Shown: positions 1 to 10,969 of the stretch, piece by piece
Layout of the letters: each line of letters opens with the position of its first letter
Position numbering within the stretch: the stretch's first letter is position 1
Assembly (NCBI GenBank): GCA_010015585.1
Contig: ML975173.1
Strand: one strand, 5' to 3'
Length of the DNA stretch: 64,000 nucleotides
Source of the DNA: Eremomyces bilateralis CBS 781.70
Taxonomy: Eukaryota
Made by a program: the position numbers and the translations under genes
Notes under the pieces: model-generated
Told to the model about the DNA's origin: nothing
Seen by the model: the letters and a program-made list of their open reading frames with translations, nothing else
Databases searched by the model: none

Positions 1-2537
1 GGATTCGGCTCGGATAGGGAGAACTTCCCCAGGATTCCGGTTCGACCATATCGGCAGCTACCTCTTCTGGCGTGCGTAGTTCGAAGTCGATTGCCCCATC
101 TTCCGCTTCGTCTTCCGCAGGGATGGGTGAGATCCTTCTTTGCTTCTTTTCCTCCCGTTCACGACCATGCCCTGGCTCTCCGTTTATCTCATCCCCATGG
201 TCATGAAATCGGTTCCGCGAACTGCTTGCCGACCGGCTTCCAGAGCGGCTCGCCGGCAAGCGGAATCCCGCCTCCTCCAGCTCCCGGCTTTCAATCTGGG
301 CCAACTTATCCCGATGGATCCAGAAGTCGTGATCAAAGGCGGCTCCGAGCCCGCCAGGGATCGGGGCAGAGCTGGATTGCGATAAATTCGGCGACATGCC
401 TTTTGAGCTGCTCGATAGCTTTCGTTTCCCTCCATGATCGGCCGAGTGCGGAAGGTTTCGTGCCTCCGCCGAGGGAGCCTTATAAAGATCCCCAAAACCG
501 TCGGGGTCACTTCCCATGCTTGATTTGCTGTGTTTCTTGGAAACGGGGTTCGATCGAGGGGCGTGTTGAGCGAGGTGCTTTCCGTTTGTCGTACTTGTAG
601 AGAGATTTGATTCGAGGGTATCGGACCTGTTTGGCCTTTGTTCGTTGGTTCCGGTGTGTTGCATGAGAGGTTGACGCGGTGCACCATTCGCTATGGGTGT
701 TTCGGACGGGTTGGTATCACCCGAATCGATGTTCTACTTGTAGCGTTAGCAATGTCAAATGGGGCTGGCTATGTGACCTAGTGCGGCCCAAAATGCCAAA
801 TGTTTAGACGCGATGCAGTGCAGCAACAATTGCACCGTGACAGGATTGAGCGCTCTGGGTAGGAATTGCCCTGGTGAAGATAATATGTCCCACTGCTTAC
901 CTCACGTTCCACGGGAACAGCGTAATCCCAGGATGATTGACTCGAAATAGTAGTGTGAACAGGAATCGGTTGCGCAGAAACGGTCGTCATCGCGTGTTTC
1001 TCGCGAGCAAAAGACCCAGTACCGGAAGGTCTGATATGAATTAGAGAGGGAGCGCGTCCACTCTCATATTAATTCAGATCGGCGGCGCGGACGGGTCGAA
1101 AAGAAGGACCAGGACGGTTTGGTTCAGGGAATCTTCGCTCTTCAATGCCCTGATCCTGGAATAATTCTTATGACAACAGCATGGAGAGCGACTGGGTCCA
1201 GAAAGGGTAAAGTTGCTCGTGCTCAGGTCATAAGTGGTCGAAATGGATTGTGTAACGGCGAAGAAGGACAAAGGAAGTCAGGGACCAAAAAAGTGGTGGA
1301 GCGCGGTGTTTGGCGGTTGGAGGGTGAGACGACGAGGATGAAGAGGATTTTTGTGGTGGAAGACACGCTCACAATTGCATATGGTATAAACAGATGAAAG
1401 CCAGGAGGCAATGAGTGACAGTGGTCGGGGCAATGACAGCGATGTGAGGAGAAACGAACAATCACGGAGAGGAGACGATGAAGGAAGGATGAAGCACGAG
1501 GATGCTGAGACGGCTGTCAACTTGTCAAGTGAGGAGCAATGGTTGGGGCGAGTGATTGGCTAGATGGTCGGAGCCAGGGACACCCCCTTATTGCTTTTAG
1601 CTGCAATATTTGCTATCGCCAACCACGGCCAATGATCACCGTGCAGGAATCATCAGAAATGCATTGCTATGTACGTAGTACGACGGTATTGATTTAATGC
1701 TCGCGGGAACGGGTGGTTTGTTTGGATCCCACGCCTTACTTAATTACATTGGACGCGTCTGGCGTTTGTTGGAGAGCGGTTCTCTTACCATACCGGTCCC
1801 AAACAATTGCAACCCATCTAGAAACCAACCTGGAAATCGACTGCCCGACTGTCTAAATTGCAAAAGTCGACCAGCAGCCTCACGAGTCACGACTCTGGCA
1901 CACGCTCCCCACTCCCCAGGTGCTGAATTAAAGCTGAAATGAACCAGGAGGACAAGGATGGGCTAACGGTGGGCGATGGGGGCATCTGGCACGCACAAGC
2001 GTCTATTAGCCACATACCCTGACATCGCGCACCACCCACGCAAGGCACAACGGTCTGACAACAATCGGCTGGTGCGTCTTGTCACCCTTGTGCTGACGGC
2101 TGACGACGGTTGGGTTGGCTGTTTGTTGAGATGTTCGGAGGGACAAGAAATGGTATAAATTCAAATTGGAAAGATGAGCTGAACAAGTTGAATTTCTAGG
2201 AGACGCTCCCACGCTGTGGATGTAGACGTGAGACGCAGACGCAGACGCAGGTATCAAGGCACCAAGGCATCCTTCCAACCCCATGAGTGATCACGTGGAA
2301 AATGTCGCATTTCTGTTTCAGTTTTAAGGCCGTTAGGCTGTCAGGCATCACAACCCCATGGCCAAACCCTGTCGAAATTCTAGAACCCCACCATGGAAAT
2401 TCGCTGTGACATACGGAATATTCCTGTCTGATCCTGGCGATACGATTCCCTGATCAGAACAAGTGAACACTTCGACTGTATCCCACCTTCTGACGACCAG
2501 TTCCTCAATCGCCAGGGAGTCTTCCGTTCAAAGGAAA

Positions 2538-4145
2538 ATGGCCGACCCATCTCCCGCCGCGGCGCTCCAGCCCCCCCACCAGTATGCGCCGAACGAAGGC
2601 TATCAGGATCTGGACGCCCGCGCCGACACCATACAAGACCGTCTCCTAGATCCATCGGTGGACGAGGAAGAGGAAGATTACGACTACGACTCGGAGCCAG
2701 AAATCACCGCTGAAGACCTATCCTCCACCGACCCCGCCGACTTCACCAAGGCGTATAACCGCCCCTCCGCCAACCCCCAGCGACCCACCGCCAACCTCAA
2801 CGACCACATCTCCTCGCTCTCCCACCTCTCCCCGAAACTCAACGTCAACCACCTCTACAACAACCTCCGTGCTGCCCACACGGGCGCCGACCGCGCCGAC
2901 CGCGCCACCGTCGAACAGGCCCTGGACCCGCGCACCCGTATGATCCTGCTCCAGCTGATTAACCGCGGCATCGTCTCGGAGATCAATGGCTGCGTGAGCA
3001 CGGGGAAGGAAGCGAACGTCTACCATGCCGTGCTGTACCCCAGCGGGAGCGACGGCGCCTCCGAACCGCAGCCGATCCACCGCGCGATCAAGGTGTACAA
3101 GACAGCGATCCTCGTGTTCAAGGACCGGGAGCGGTACGTGACGGGGGATTTCCGGCTGCAGAAATCGCATCCGAAGAAAAACCACCGGGCTATGGTGCGC
3201 TTGTGGGCGGAGAAGGAGCTGCGGAATCTGAAGCGGTTGATTGCCGGGGGGGTGCCGGCGCCGGATCCGATCATGCTGAAGAGCCACGTGCTGGTGATGA
3301 GCTTCGTGGGGAACTCGCGAGGATGGCCGGCGCCGCGCTTAAAAGACGTCGATTGGGCGAGCGAGGGGATCGAGGACATCGGGACGACGTTGCGGCGGCT
3401 GTACATGGACCTGTTCAGCTACGTGCGCATCCTCTGGGGGTCGTGCAAGCTGGTGCACGCGGATCTCAGCGAGTACAATCTGCTGTACTTCGACGGGAAG
3501 CTGTGGGTCATCGACGTGAGTCAGAGCGTCGAGATGAACCACCCCAAGTCCCTGGAGTTCCTGCGCATGGATCTGAAGAACGTGACGAGCTACTTCCAGC
3601 GGAACGGCGTCGACACGCTCTCGGAAAAGCGGGTGTTCGAATGGGTGACGAAGCCGGGCGGCACCACGAAGATGGACGCGATGAAGGACGAGCTCGAAGC
3701 GCAGTTCGCCGTGCGGGATGCGCTGCGGGAAAAGGGCGAGGACGACGAAGACGACGAGGTGTGGCGGCAGCAGTTCATCCCGCAGAATTTGGAGCAGGTG
3801 TTCGATGTCGAGCGCGATGCCGAGAAGGTCGGACACGGGGAAGGAAGCGATCTGGTCTACCGGAATCTCCTGGCCGATGATGCGGAGGGGGGGGTGCCGT
3901 TGCCGCGAGGCAATGGCGAGAAAGGTCCCTCGGAGGGAGAGGAAGACAGTGACGAGGAAGGGAGCGAAAGGAGTTGGTTCGAAGACGAAGAGAAACAGCC
4001 ACGAGGCAAGCGGTTTGTCGATAAGGATGAGAAGCGCGCCCATAAACACCAGGTGAAGGAGGAAAAGCGGGAGAAGCGGAAGACCAAGATACCGAAGGAC
4101 GTTAAGAAACGCATTGTAAATCGGTCTTCGAAGGGAAAGAAATAG
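2538..4145 (+). CDS. RIO1: RIO1-family atypical Ser/Thr kinase (40S ribosome maturation), intronless
   Basis: Motifs STGKEANVYHA, AIKVYKT, WAEKELRNL, LVHADLSEYNLLY, IDVSQSVE and a Lys-rich C-terminal tail. True ATG at 2538 (aaaATGG); the ORF-track start at 2463 is a GTG. Confidence 0.95.
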   Translation: MADPSPAAALQPPHQYAPNEGYQDLDARADTIQDRLLDPSVDEEEEDYDYDSEPEITAEDLSSTDPADFTKAYNRPSANPQRPTANLNDHISSLSHLSPKLNVNHLYNNLRAAHTGADRADRATVEQALDPRTRMILLQLINRGIVSEINGCVSTGKEANVYHAVLYPSGSDGASEPQPIHRAIKVYKTAILVFKDRERYVTGDFRLQKSHPKKNHRAMVRLWAEKELRNLKRLIAGGVPAPDPIMLKSHVLVMSFVGNSRGWPAPRLKDVDWASEGIEDIGTTLRRLYMDLFSYVRILWGSCKLVHADLSEYNLLYFDGKLWVIDVSQSVEMNHPKSLEFLRMDLKNVTSYFQRNGVDTLSEKRVFEWVTKPGGTTKMDAMKDELEAQFAVRDALREKGEDDEDDEVWRQQFIPQNLEQVFDVERDAEKVGHGEGSDLVYRNLLADDAEGGVPLPRGNGEKGPSEGEEDSDEEGSERSWFEDEEKQPRGKRFVDKDEKRAHKHQVKEEKREKRKTKIPKDVKKRIVNRSSKGKK

Positions 4146-4308
4146 TACAAGTATACCCTCGACACTATACACATAGAACTAATGTCCATTTCCTGTGATG
4201 GTCCATTTGTCATGCGCCTCGTCCAAATAATCTATCTACCGAAGTAAAGTGATGTGAGATTCCACCAGCGCAAAGTCCAGCCATAGTTGGAAGTTCTGTC
4301 AATATGAT

Positions 4309-5931
4309 CTAGTCCGCCTGCTCCGCTCTTCTCCTAACTCTCCGATCCGCATCCTCCAACGTCCGCTCGCTGAGATTCGGCATGTCGGCCACCGAACCCT
4401 CAACCTGCCTGACCTCCCACCGGCTCGGCGGATCCATCAACCCCGCCCATATATCCCCCGGCAGGAACTCTCCCACTTCCGCCCGGAATTCCTCCCGCGC
4501 CTTCGCATCCTGACCGACGAGTTTCTCAACCTTCGACAGCGCAGACGACAGCACCTTGTCGATGTGCGCGCGCACGCGCTCCCGTCGCACCGTCTCCATG
4601 ATCATGTTGTCGTACGCCTCCTCGAACCCCTGGTAGATCTGCACCAGGCCGTCGAGCTCCTCGAGCTGCGTGGCGAGCGTCTCTTTCTCGGCGTCCCAGG
4701 CGGAGAGGAACACCGCAGTACCAGACACGTGGGTGTGGACGGAGTCGGAGAGCGTGCGGAGGCGGTCGAGCGCGCTGTGCAGCATCTCGGACGCGGTGCG
4801 CATGTCGGTGAGGTGCGAATCGACTTGGGTGGAGAGGTTCTGCATAGTGGCGACGCGTTCGCGCATCTCCGTGACCACGCCGTCCACCTCGTGCGAATCC
4901 TTCTCCACCAGCGATAGGATGTGGTTGCGTTCCGACTCCGAGAGGGACTGCTCCGCCTTGGTGGACTCTGGTGATCCTAGTTCCAACCCGAGACCGGCGG
5001 GAAGATCGGCGTGGGATTCGTCTTGAGACGATTGCACCATCCGTTCGACCGCTTCCGCACCGCCCGAGGTATGGCGAAGAGCACTCAAACACAGGTCGTA
5101 GTGGTTGACCAGGCTGGAGAGGCAGGTGGCCGTCTCGGTTGCGTGATGTTCTAGCTCCCGATAGATCCGGGGGACGGGAGAGGCCGCATGCGAGCTTCCT
5201 GATGAGCCCACATCGCCTTCGTTATGTCGAGAGGCATGCCTGCCCATCGTCTGCTCTGCACCATCTAGCGTTCGACGGACTTGGCTGAGGTCGGACTCGA
5301 AGTCTTCGAGGGTTGTCAGGAGCTTCTCATGAGCATCGTTGAACCGGTCGATGGACCGTCGGACATTTTCGTTCAGACCGTTTACTCCAGCCTCATCGAC
5401 AAAATCGAACAAGTATCTCGGCGGATCGTTTGCAGGTCGAAATGCCGGGTCAACGAGGATGTTGCGGAGATGGTCGAGGTTTAAGCGGAGCTGAGAAGAG
5501 GCATCGTCGAGGGCATGGACGCTGGACTATATAGGGTGTCAGCATTGATAGTCTAGAGGTCTTGGGTCGGCGAAAGTGAAGTCGCTTTAACATCCGACAA
5601 ATAACACCGATGATAGCCTTACATTGAACTCGTCCTGGACATCTCCGCGCACCTGCTCTATTCCCTGGTGAACCGCCTTTAAAGAGTTCAGATGGTCCTC
5701 AAGCGATCTCTTCACAAATGCACTTTTCGCACTCAAGACCGCATTTTCTTTCAAAGCTTCCCTTGCAGACCCCACCAGTTCGGTCGCCCGATAGACCAGG
5801 TTCGTCGAGGTCAGCGATCGTTTGGCGGCGACATAATGGGTGACGAGTCTCTCCAGACTCGGTTGCTGCTTGCCCCAAACACTCCCCGCTCCCGAGGACG
5901 CGGGGGATAGACCAGCAGCAGGAGAAACCAT
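4309..5931 (-). CDS. ATG17: Autophagy protein Atg17 (2 exons: 5931-5623, 5526-4309)
   Basis: N-terminal LVTHYVAAKRSLTS, LSSLVNHYDLC, and C-terminal REEFRAEVGEFLPGDIW match Atg17 as recalled. A GTAAGG...CTGAC...TAG intron at 5622-5527 joins the two ORFs in frame. Confidence 0.88.
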
Positions 5932-6805
5932 GATGAACGGGTGAAGATGCTCGTGGACGGTTACAGCCTTTCTCGGCGGCTGTCCAAGGTCTGAGAGAGG
6001 TCTCAAGGTCAAGGCAACCAGTTATCGATTAGAATCCAGATACCTGCAACATCCACAGTATAGAGACCGTGTCGCCTAAACGCCATAATGTGCCAAAAAT
6101 GATGATGGAATAGAACGGCCCTGTTTTCCAATCCAGGTTGGAAGGTTGGATGGTCAGTTCGTCACAACCATTCGCGGCAGCAGGTGAGGCGTGAGCAGGT
6201 CACAGGTGATGTCGAATCGGAGCTGGCGTCGGAGATAAGGTGGGTGGCTTGGCGTGCAGGGGTTGGATCGGATCATGTGACAGCGCTATTCGTTATCTCG
6301 GTGCCCTATTGCCATCGTCGCTCGGCGCTCAGCGCTCACATATCAACTTCAACGATACCACTGTATCGGTATGTCCAATCCATTGTCATCTTAAGTACAC
6401 ATTAAATCCCATTTTCCGCATCTCATCGCTTAGTCGTCGCGCGTATTATAGATATAAGGATATGTTTGAATGTATGATACGAACAGGCTTTTCATTATCG
6501 CGGTTTCCTCCATCTCGTCCGTTGACATGCCCTGTTAGATCACCTTTGCTTTGGATTACCCCTGCTATAGATCACCCTTTGTTAGGCTTTTATGCGTCAT
6601 CATTTATCTTCTGCTTGTATGCTTTCTGTCGAACATCATGCTATTTCCTTTCCCTCTTCCTCCGTCATCCAGTCCCTCCCTCTCAGCACCCTAGGAAGCA
6701 CAAATGACGAAACGTTGTCCATCATGGCCATGTAGGCTAACACTCTAGCATGCTTGATACTCGATAGGACTCAGATTACCAGGCTCTGGAACCGTTTAGT
6801 ATGAT

Positions 6806-8011
6806 TTATAGCCCTGACAGTAGCTCGGAGTCGCTCTTCGGTTCGGGAATCTTTGCTCGATGCTGCTTGCTCTTCGAAATCCCGTTTGTTCGTGTCTTGC
6901 CTAGTGTTTTTGATTGCGATGTACTCCTTTCCTTCCTCCATCCAAGGCAGACGGATGTTTTGGATGCCTTCCCTTGCTTCGCAAGGTTTTGTTCGTTGCG
7001 TAGGTGCGCTTCCTCCACCAATCTCTGCAGCCTGGCCAGGTCCGGTGTCCCATCCTCCATGTTGATATCTTCATCTTCCGTAGCGAGGTTATTGCCATTC
7101 CGCAATACGGCCACCCTCTTCGAGGGCAACGAGGAGAATAGGTGATGAAATGATAGCAGCATCTTAGGACTCAAGGTGATCTTCCTCAATTCTCGAATGA
7201 GCTCGTCCCCGGCGTGCTTTATCATCACCTCACGAACCATAGTCGAACTGATCGTGCCGAGCTTATACGCGGGTCGCACGTAATATATGACACCCCGGCC
7301 TTGCTTGATCGGATGACACACCTTGACGGCCCTCCGCAGATGACTGATATCGCCGATACTGTCCTGGAGTTCGCGCACCATCCGAGGGAGATCCCCCAGA
7401 CTGGTGTCCTTCCAAGTTAACGCCTCCCACTCGCCATATCCTGCGATCTTTCGCAATCCAACTGGAAGAACAAAGTTCGACTCCCTCGCGACGTTGCTCA
7501 CCAGCGTGTCATGGTACAACTTCAAACCCCGCGCTTCTCCGTATTCCAAACAGTCCGGTCCTCGGATGCTCAGCCACCGGTACGCAAACCCATCAGCGGA
7601 CAGACCATTCGCGAGATCTCGATACCATACCGGGGACGAGTTCGAGCCGACCACGAAGGCCCACGGTGGGAATTCAGGGTGTGCGCGCCACAATAGTACC
7701 CGGTCCGCCTCTGCGATGACGCCCGTCTGGCGGTAATGCGCCAGCTTCCGAGCGACCTCATGATCCGGGCGCAGTTCGATGAATGCCCCGACGACGTTGA
7801 AGCAGGCTTTACCCACCTCGAAGCAGCGATTGAGTAGCTCGAGATGGCCGAGATGAGGGGGGTTGAACGAGCCGGGAAAACGCAGGATGCAATTGAAGCG
7901 ACCTCGTTCCAATGCGGGGATTGCATCATGCTGGAAGTCCATGAGGGTGCCATAACTTGCATTGTCGACGTAGTCTCGGAGAGTCCGTGGATTTTCATCT
8001 ATGATTGCCAT
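6806..8011 (-). CDS. HxGH-superfamily nucleotidyltransferase (cytidylyltransferase/NMNAT-like), function unknown
   Basis: FPGSFNPPHLGHLELL (GSFxPxHxGH), RGPD and late ISSTMVRE motifs. Start chosen at gccATGG 8011; the ORF is open further upstream. Confidence 0.7.
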   Translation of the reverse strand: MAIIDENPRTLRDYVDNASYGTLMDFQHDAIPALERGRFNCILRFPGSFNPPHLGHLELLNRCFEVGKACFNVVGAFIELRPDHEVARKLAHYRQTGVIAEADRVLLWRAHPEFPPWAFVVGSNSSPVWYRDLANGLSADGFAYRWLSIRGPDCLEYGEARGLKLYHDTLVSNVARESNFVLPVGLRKIAGYGEWEALTWKDTSLGDLPRMVRELQDSIGDISHLRRAVKVCHPIKQGRGVIYYVRPAYKLGTISSTMVREVMIKHAGDELIRELRKITLSPKMLLSFHHLFSSLPSKRVAVLRNGNNLATEDEDINMEDGTPDLARLQRLVEEAHLRNEQNLAKQGKASKTSVCLGWRKERSTSQSKTLGKTRTNGISKSKQHRAKIPEPKSDSELLSGL

Positions 8012-9670
8012 GGCTTGTGATGTAAGTAAGCGAGCTCCGAATTCTAGGATCATACTCACTGAGAATTGGGATTTAAAATAGGACCGCCATGCGCCGACCC
8101 CACAGCTCTGTGATCGTTGCGGTGATAGCTGGTGTAACACAACCGAAAAGTTGCAACGACTTAGCGAGCGAAGTGATGACAGCGCGGACTCGGTGAAACA
8201 TCGTCTCGGAGAAGATCCACTGACGTTGAGATATTCGAGTGAATTGCTGAAACTGCTTTCAGGCCACAATGGCCACGGTGTGTCGGCTCACCATGTCGAT
8301 ACCTATTACGTACCTCGACCAGGCAGAACACACAACTCGAGAGAATACAGCAGCGATGTGAATAGACAATAGGGAAACCATCCCTCAGGCATATCAAGCC
8401 GTGCCCAGCAGACCTGAACGATGTGGAGCTGGCGGATCATGCCGAAGCAACTGATGCTGAATTTGGGCAAGAATAGTCAGGATGCGCCGCGAATCTGACG
8501 GCCCACTAACTTCATCACGTTTTGATGAGTCCCCATTGCACGTGGACTCCTGTCACCGTTTGTCAAGTCTGGAAGTGACAAAGGATGCAAAGATGCAAAG
8601 GGATGCCTTACAAAAGAATAGTGTTTCACCATGTTCATTGAAGTCTGAAGGGGTTGGTTGGACTACCCGGTTTAGACGTCGTCGTCGCACTCGACTCGAC
8701 AGTCAGCTAGACATTACAAGTCGTTCACATCATCATGATAAGCTCGTAGGGAGAAGGTCTTGCCGCAGATGTTCAATTGTCACTATCTGATGTTACCGTC
8801 GAACCATGACACGAGAGCTATGAAAACCCAAGGGAGTCATTGTCGTTGTTCACTAGAAGGAGAAAGCCGTCGTCACCTGGACCAACATGCATCTGCCCCG
8901 AGAATGCCCACCGGCGTGTGGGCCACCCTCCATTCCTCGCACCATGTCCACGTTCACACTCGCAATTCGATTAAAGGGAAAAGTTGAGATTTCGAAGCTA
9001 AACAAATACATCTCCGCGTAGGAGGTATGGTGAGGGAACCCGGAGGCGGTGAGGCGGTGAGACCAGGAAGTCGCACTTAAGCGCTCCATACAGTCTCGTG
9101 CCTGGTGCCCAAGGTTCCCCGCGTATGATGGGATATAATCTCGACTTCGAATCGACCGAATCGATGGAAGTCGATGTTGTGTAACAAAGGGAAAGGGGTA
9201 AACCACGGAACCCCAGCAGTGAACACCAGATCTGCTCGTTCCTTGAGTGTCAGCACTTGACGTTCGGAAGCAGGAGTGACGAGTTTTCGTCTGATGTCGT
9301 GTCGTGAAAGGAGCGTGGTCCAAAGGAGGGTAAAAATTCCGTCAAGGAAGTAGGGGCCTAGAATAGGTCCGTAGAATAGGTCCGTGGAAAACGGATAGCG
9401 CGGGATAGAAGCCGCATGCAAAGGTATCCAGCACGTGGAAGTTTGCCTGGAATAGTGGCTATGGCTCGATACCAATAGGTAGGGATCGATATCGAGTAAA
9501 AGCTTCCGAGCATCCAGAACTCGTGCCGATCACGCTCGGCCCGTCGTGCTTGGCAAGCCCCAGTGCATCGGATTCCATTCCGTTAATCAAATAACGCCTT
9601 GCCTGGGGAAATCGCAATTCCGTCGAAAGAAAACTCCGTGCCAAATTGAGTGGTGGGGGATGAGGGTATA

Positions 9671-10969
9671 TTACATACTCCCAAGAGAGAGGAGCGCCTC
9701 AATTGCGGCGCGCTCTTGAGAGTTGGAGACCGTCGCATTCGTCGCCGGGGGAGGGTTCGGGCTCGCGCTGTGTGCGGCGGTGGCCTTATTTCCGGGATGG
9801 GAACCCGACGGTACACGAGATGCGTGACGAGAAGAATGAAAGAGGTGAACGCGGCCGGACGACGCCTTGGAGATGCAGGATGGGCGGCGAGTGCCAGGGT
9901 AGCCGACGCTTGGTTTGACACGGGCGGTGCAGGATCGCGAGAGCTGGTTGTAGTTGCGATAGCCACTCGTGCTCATGTTGGAGCGCTCATAGAGGGCTTC
10001 CGCTCCGATGCCGGCCCAGTCTTCCTCGTCCGTTTCTTCGCCCAGATCATCATCCATGATCGGCAGATCGTCGTCCGGCTCCACAGACGAACCATCATGA
10101 ACCGAGCCGTCCAGCGACATCTTATCGGCTTCGTGCTCGGCCATATGCATGTCCAACATTTCCTCCTCATGGTACGAAAGAACGCTGTCGTCCGCTCCCC
10201 AGCTGCCGACGCCTCGACCGTTGAATCCCCAACGCGCCTTTGGGATTTGCAATCCGCCAGCATTGGACATGGCATAGGACCCGGACGTACTCGCGGGAGG
10301 CGAAGCACCCAAGGCTCCATCGAAACCGCTCAAATGGTGTGAGCCGTGATGGTCGAGATCGCGACGCTCCTTCGGCGGTTGGTCACGGTAGCGCGCATCC
10401 CAACGACCCCACCCGACCTTCTCGAAGACGACTTCGCCATGATGTCCGCCACCGGCGCGACCTTCGAGTGCCGCGACGACGATGCGACGGGCTTTTGGAG
10501 GGGCGATGCGCGAAAAGCCGGGGACGGTCTGAGTCAGATGACTCAGCACATGTCGGATAGCGACCGGACCGTTGTTGAGAAGGATGTCCGGGAGATGATG
10601 GGTCGCCAGCATCGACGGAGAGATGGCTCCTGCGGCCTCGAGGCCGGACAGCGCGGCGCTCGACAGAGCCTGAGGGGGCTCGGCAGGAGTCTCGGAGGCG
10701 TTCCCGGAGTCCGAATCCAACCGGATCGCAGGAGGGTGGTCGGAGCCTGGGGGAGGGTTGGTACGACCTTTGTGAGGAGGGAGAGTAGGAGAAATGGAAT
10801 TGGGAGGAGTCGGGAGCATTCCGGTATGATACTTGACTCCCGCGGTCGGGTTGCCATCGGTCGCATCGAGCTTGCCGTAGTTGCGCATAGTGAGGTCACT
10901 AGCGGCGGCAGCTTTGGCAGCAAAGGCCATGGAAATGTTCGACATGGGTTTGACTGGAACACTGGCCAT
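9671..10969 (-). CDS. STB3: Stb3-like (Sin3-binding) transcriptional regulator
   Basis: GPVAIRHVLSHLTQTVPGFSRIAPPKARRIVVAALE...FEKVGWGRW matches the Stb3 domain. Also TDEEDW and C-terminal AIEALLSL. Confidence 0.82.
   Translation of the reverse strand: MASVPVKPMSNISMAFAAKAAAASDLTMRNYGKLDATDGNPTAGVKYHTGMLPTPPNSISPTLPPHKGRTNPPPGSDHPPAIRLDSDSGNASETPAEPPQALSSAALSGLEAAGAISPSMLATHHLPDILLNNGPVAIRHVLSHLTQTVPGFSRIAPPKARRIVVAALEGRAGGGHHGEVVFEKVGWGRWDARYRDQPPKERRDLDHHGSHHLSGFDGALGASPPASTSGSYAMSNAGGLQIPKARWGFNGRGVGSWGADDSVLSYHEEEMLDMHMAEHEADKMSLDGSVHDGSSVEPDDDLPIMDDDLGEETDEEDWAGIGAEALYERSNMSTSGYRNYNQLSRSCTARVKPSVGYPGTRRPSCISKASSGRVHLFHSSRHASRVPSGSHPGNKATAAHSASPNPPPATNATVSNSQERAAIEALLSLGSM

Noticed and set aside
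1..1520. ORFs at 91-600, 140-385, 184-687 and a possible minus-strand ATG near 48 running off the window
   Set aside because: No recognisable motifs. Probably leader or promoter of a gene outside the window; a CDS call cannot be supported.
2718..4213. Long antisense and alternate-frame ORFs over RIO1 (similar ones overlap ATG17, STB3, AP-1 beta, MAD1, SEC24, the kinesin and nsdC)
   Set aside because: Shadow ORFs expected from GC-rich codon usage; no independent motifs.
9359..9385. 13-bp tandem duplication tagaataggtccg
   Set aside because: Two adjacent copies only, consistent with replication slippage; not an array or CRISPR.
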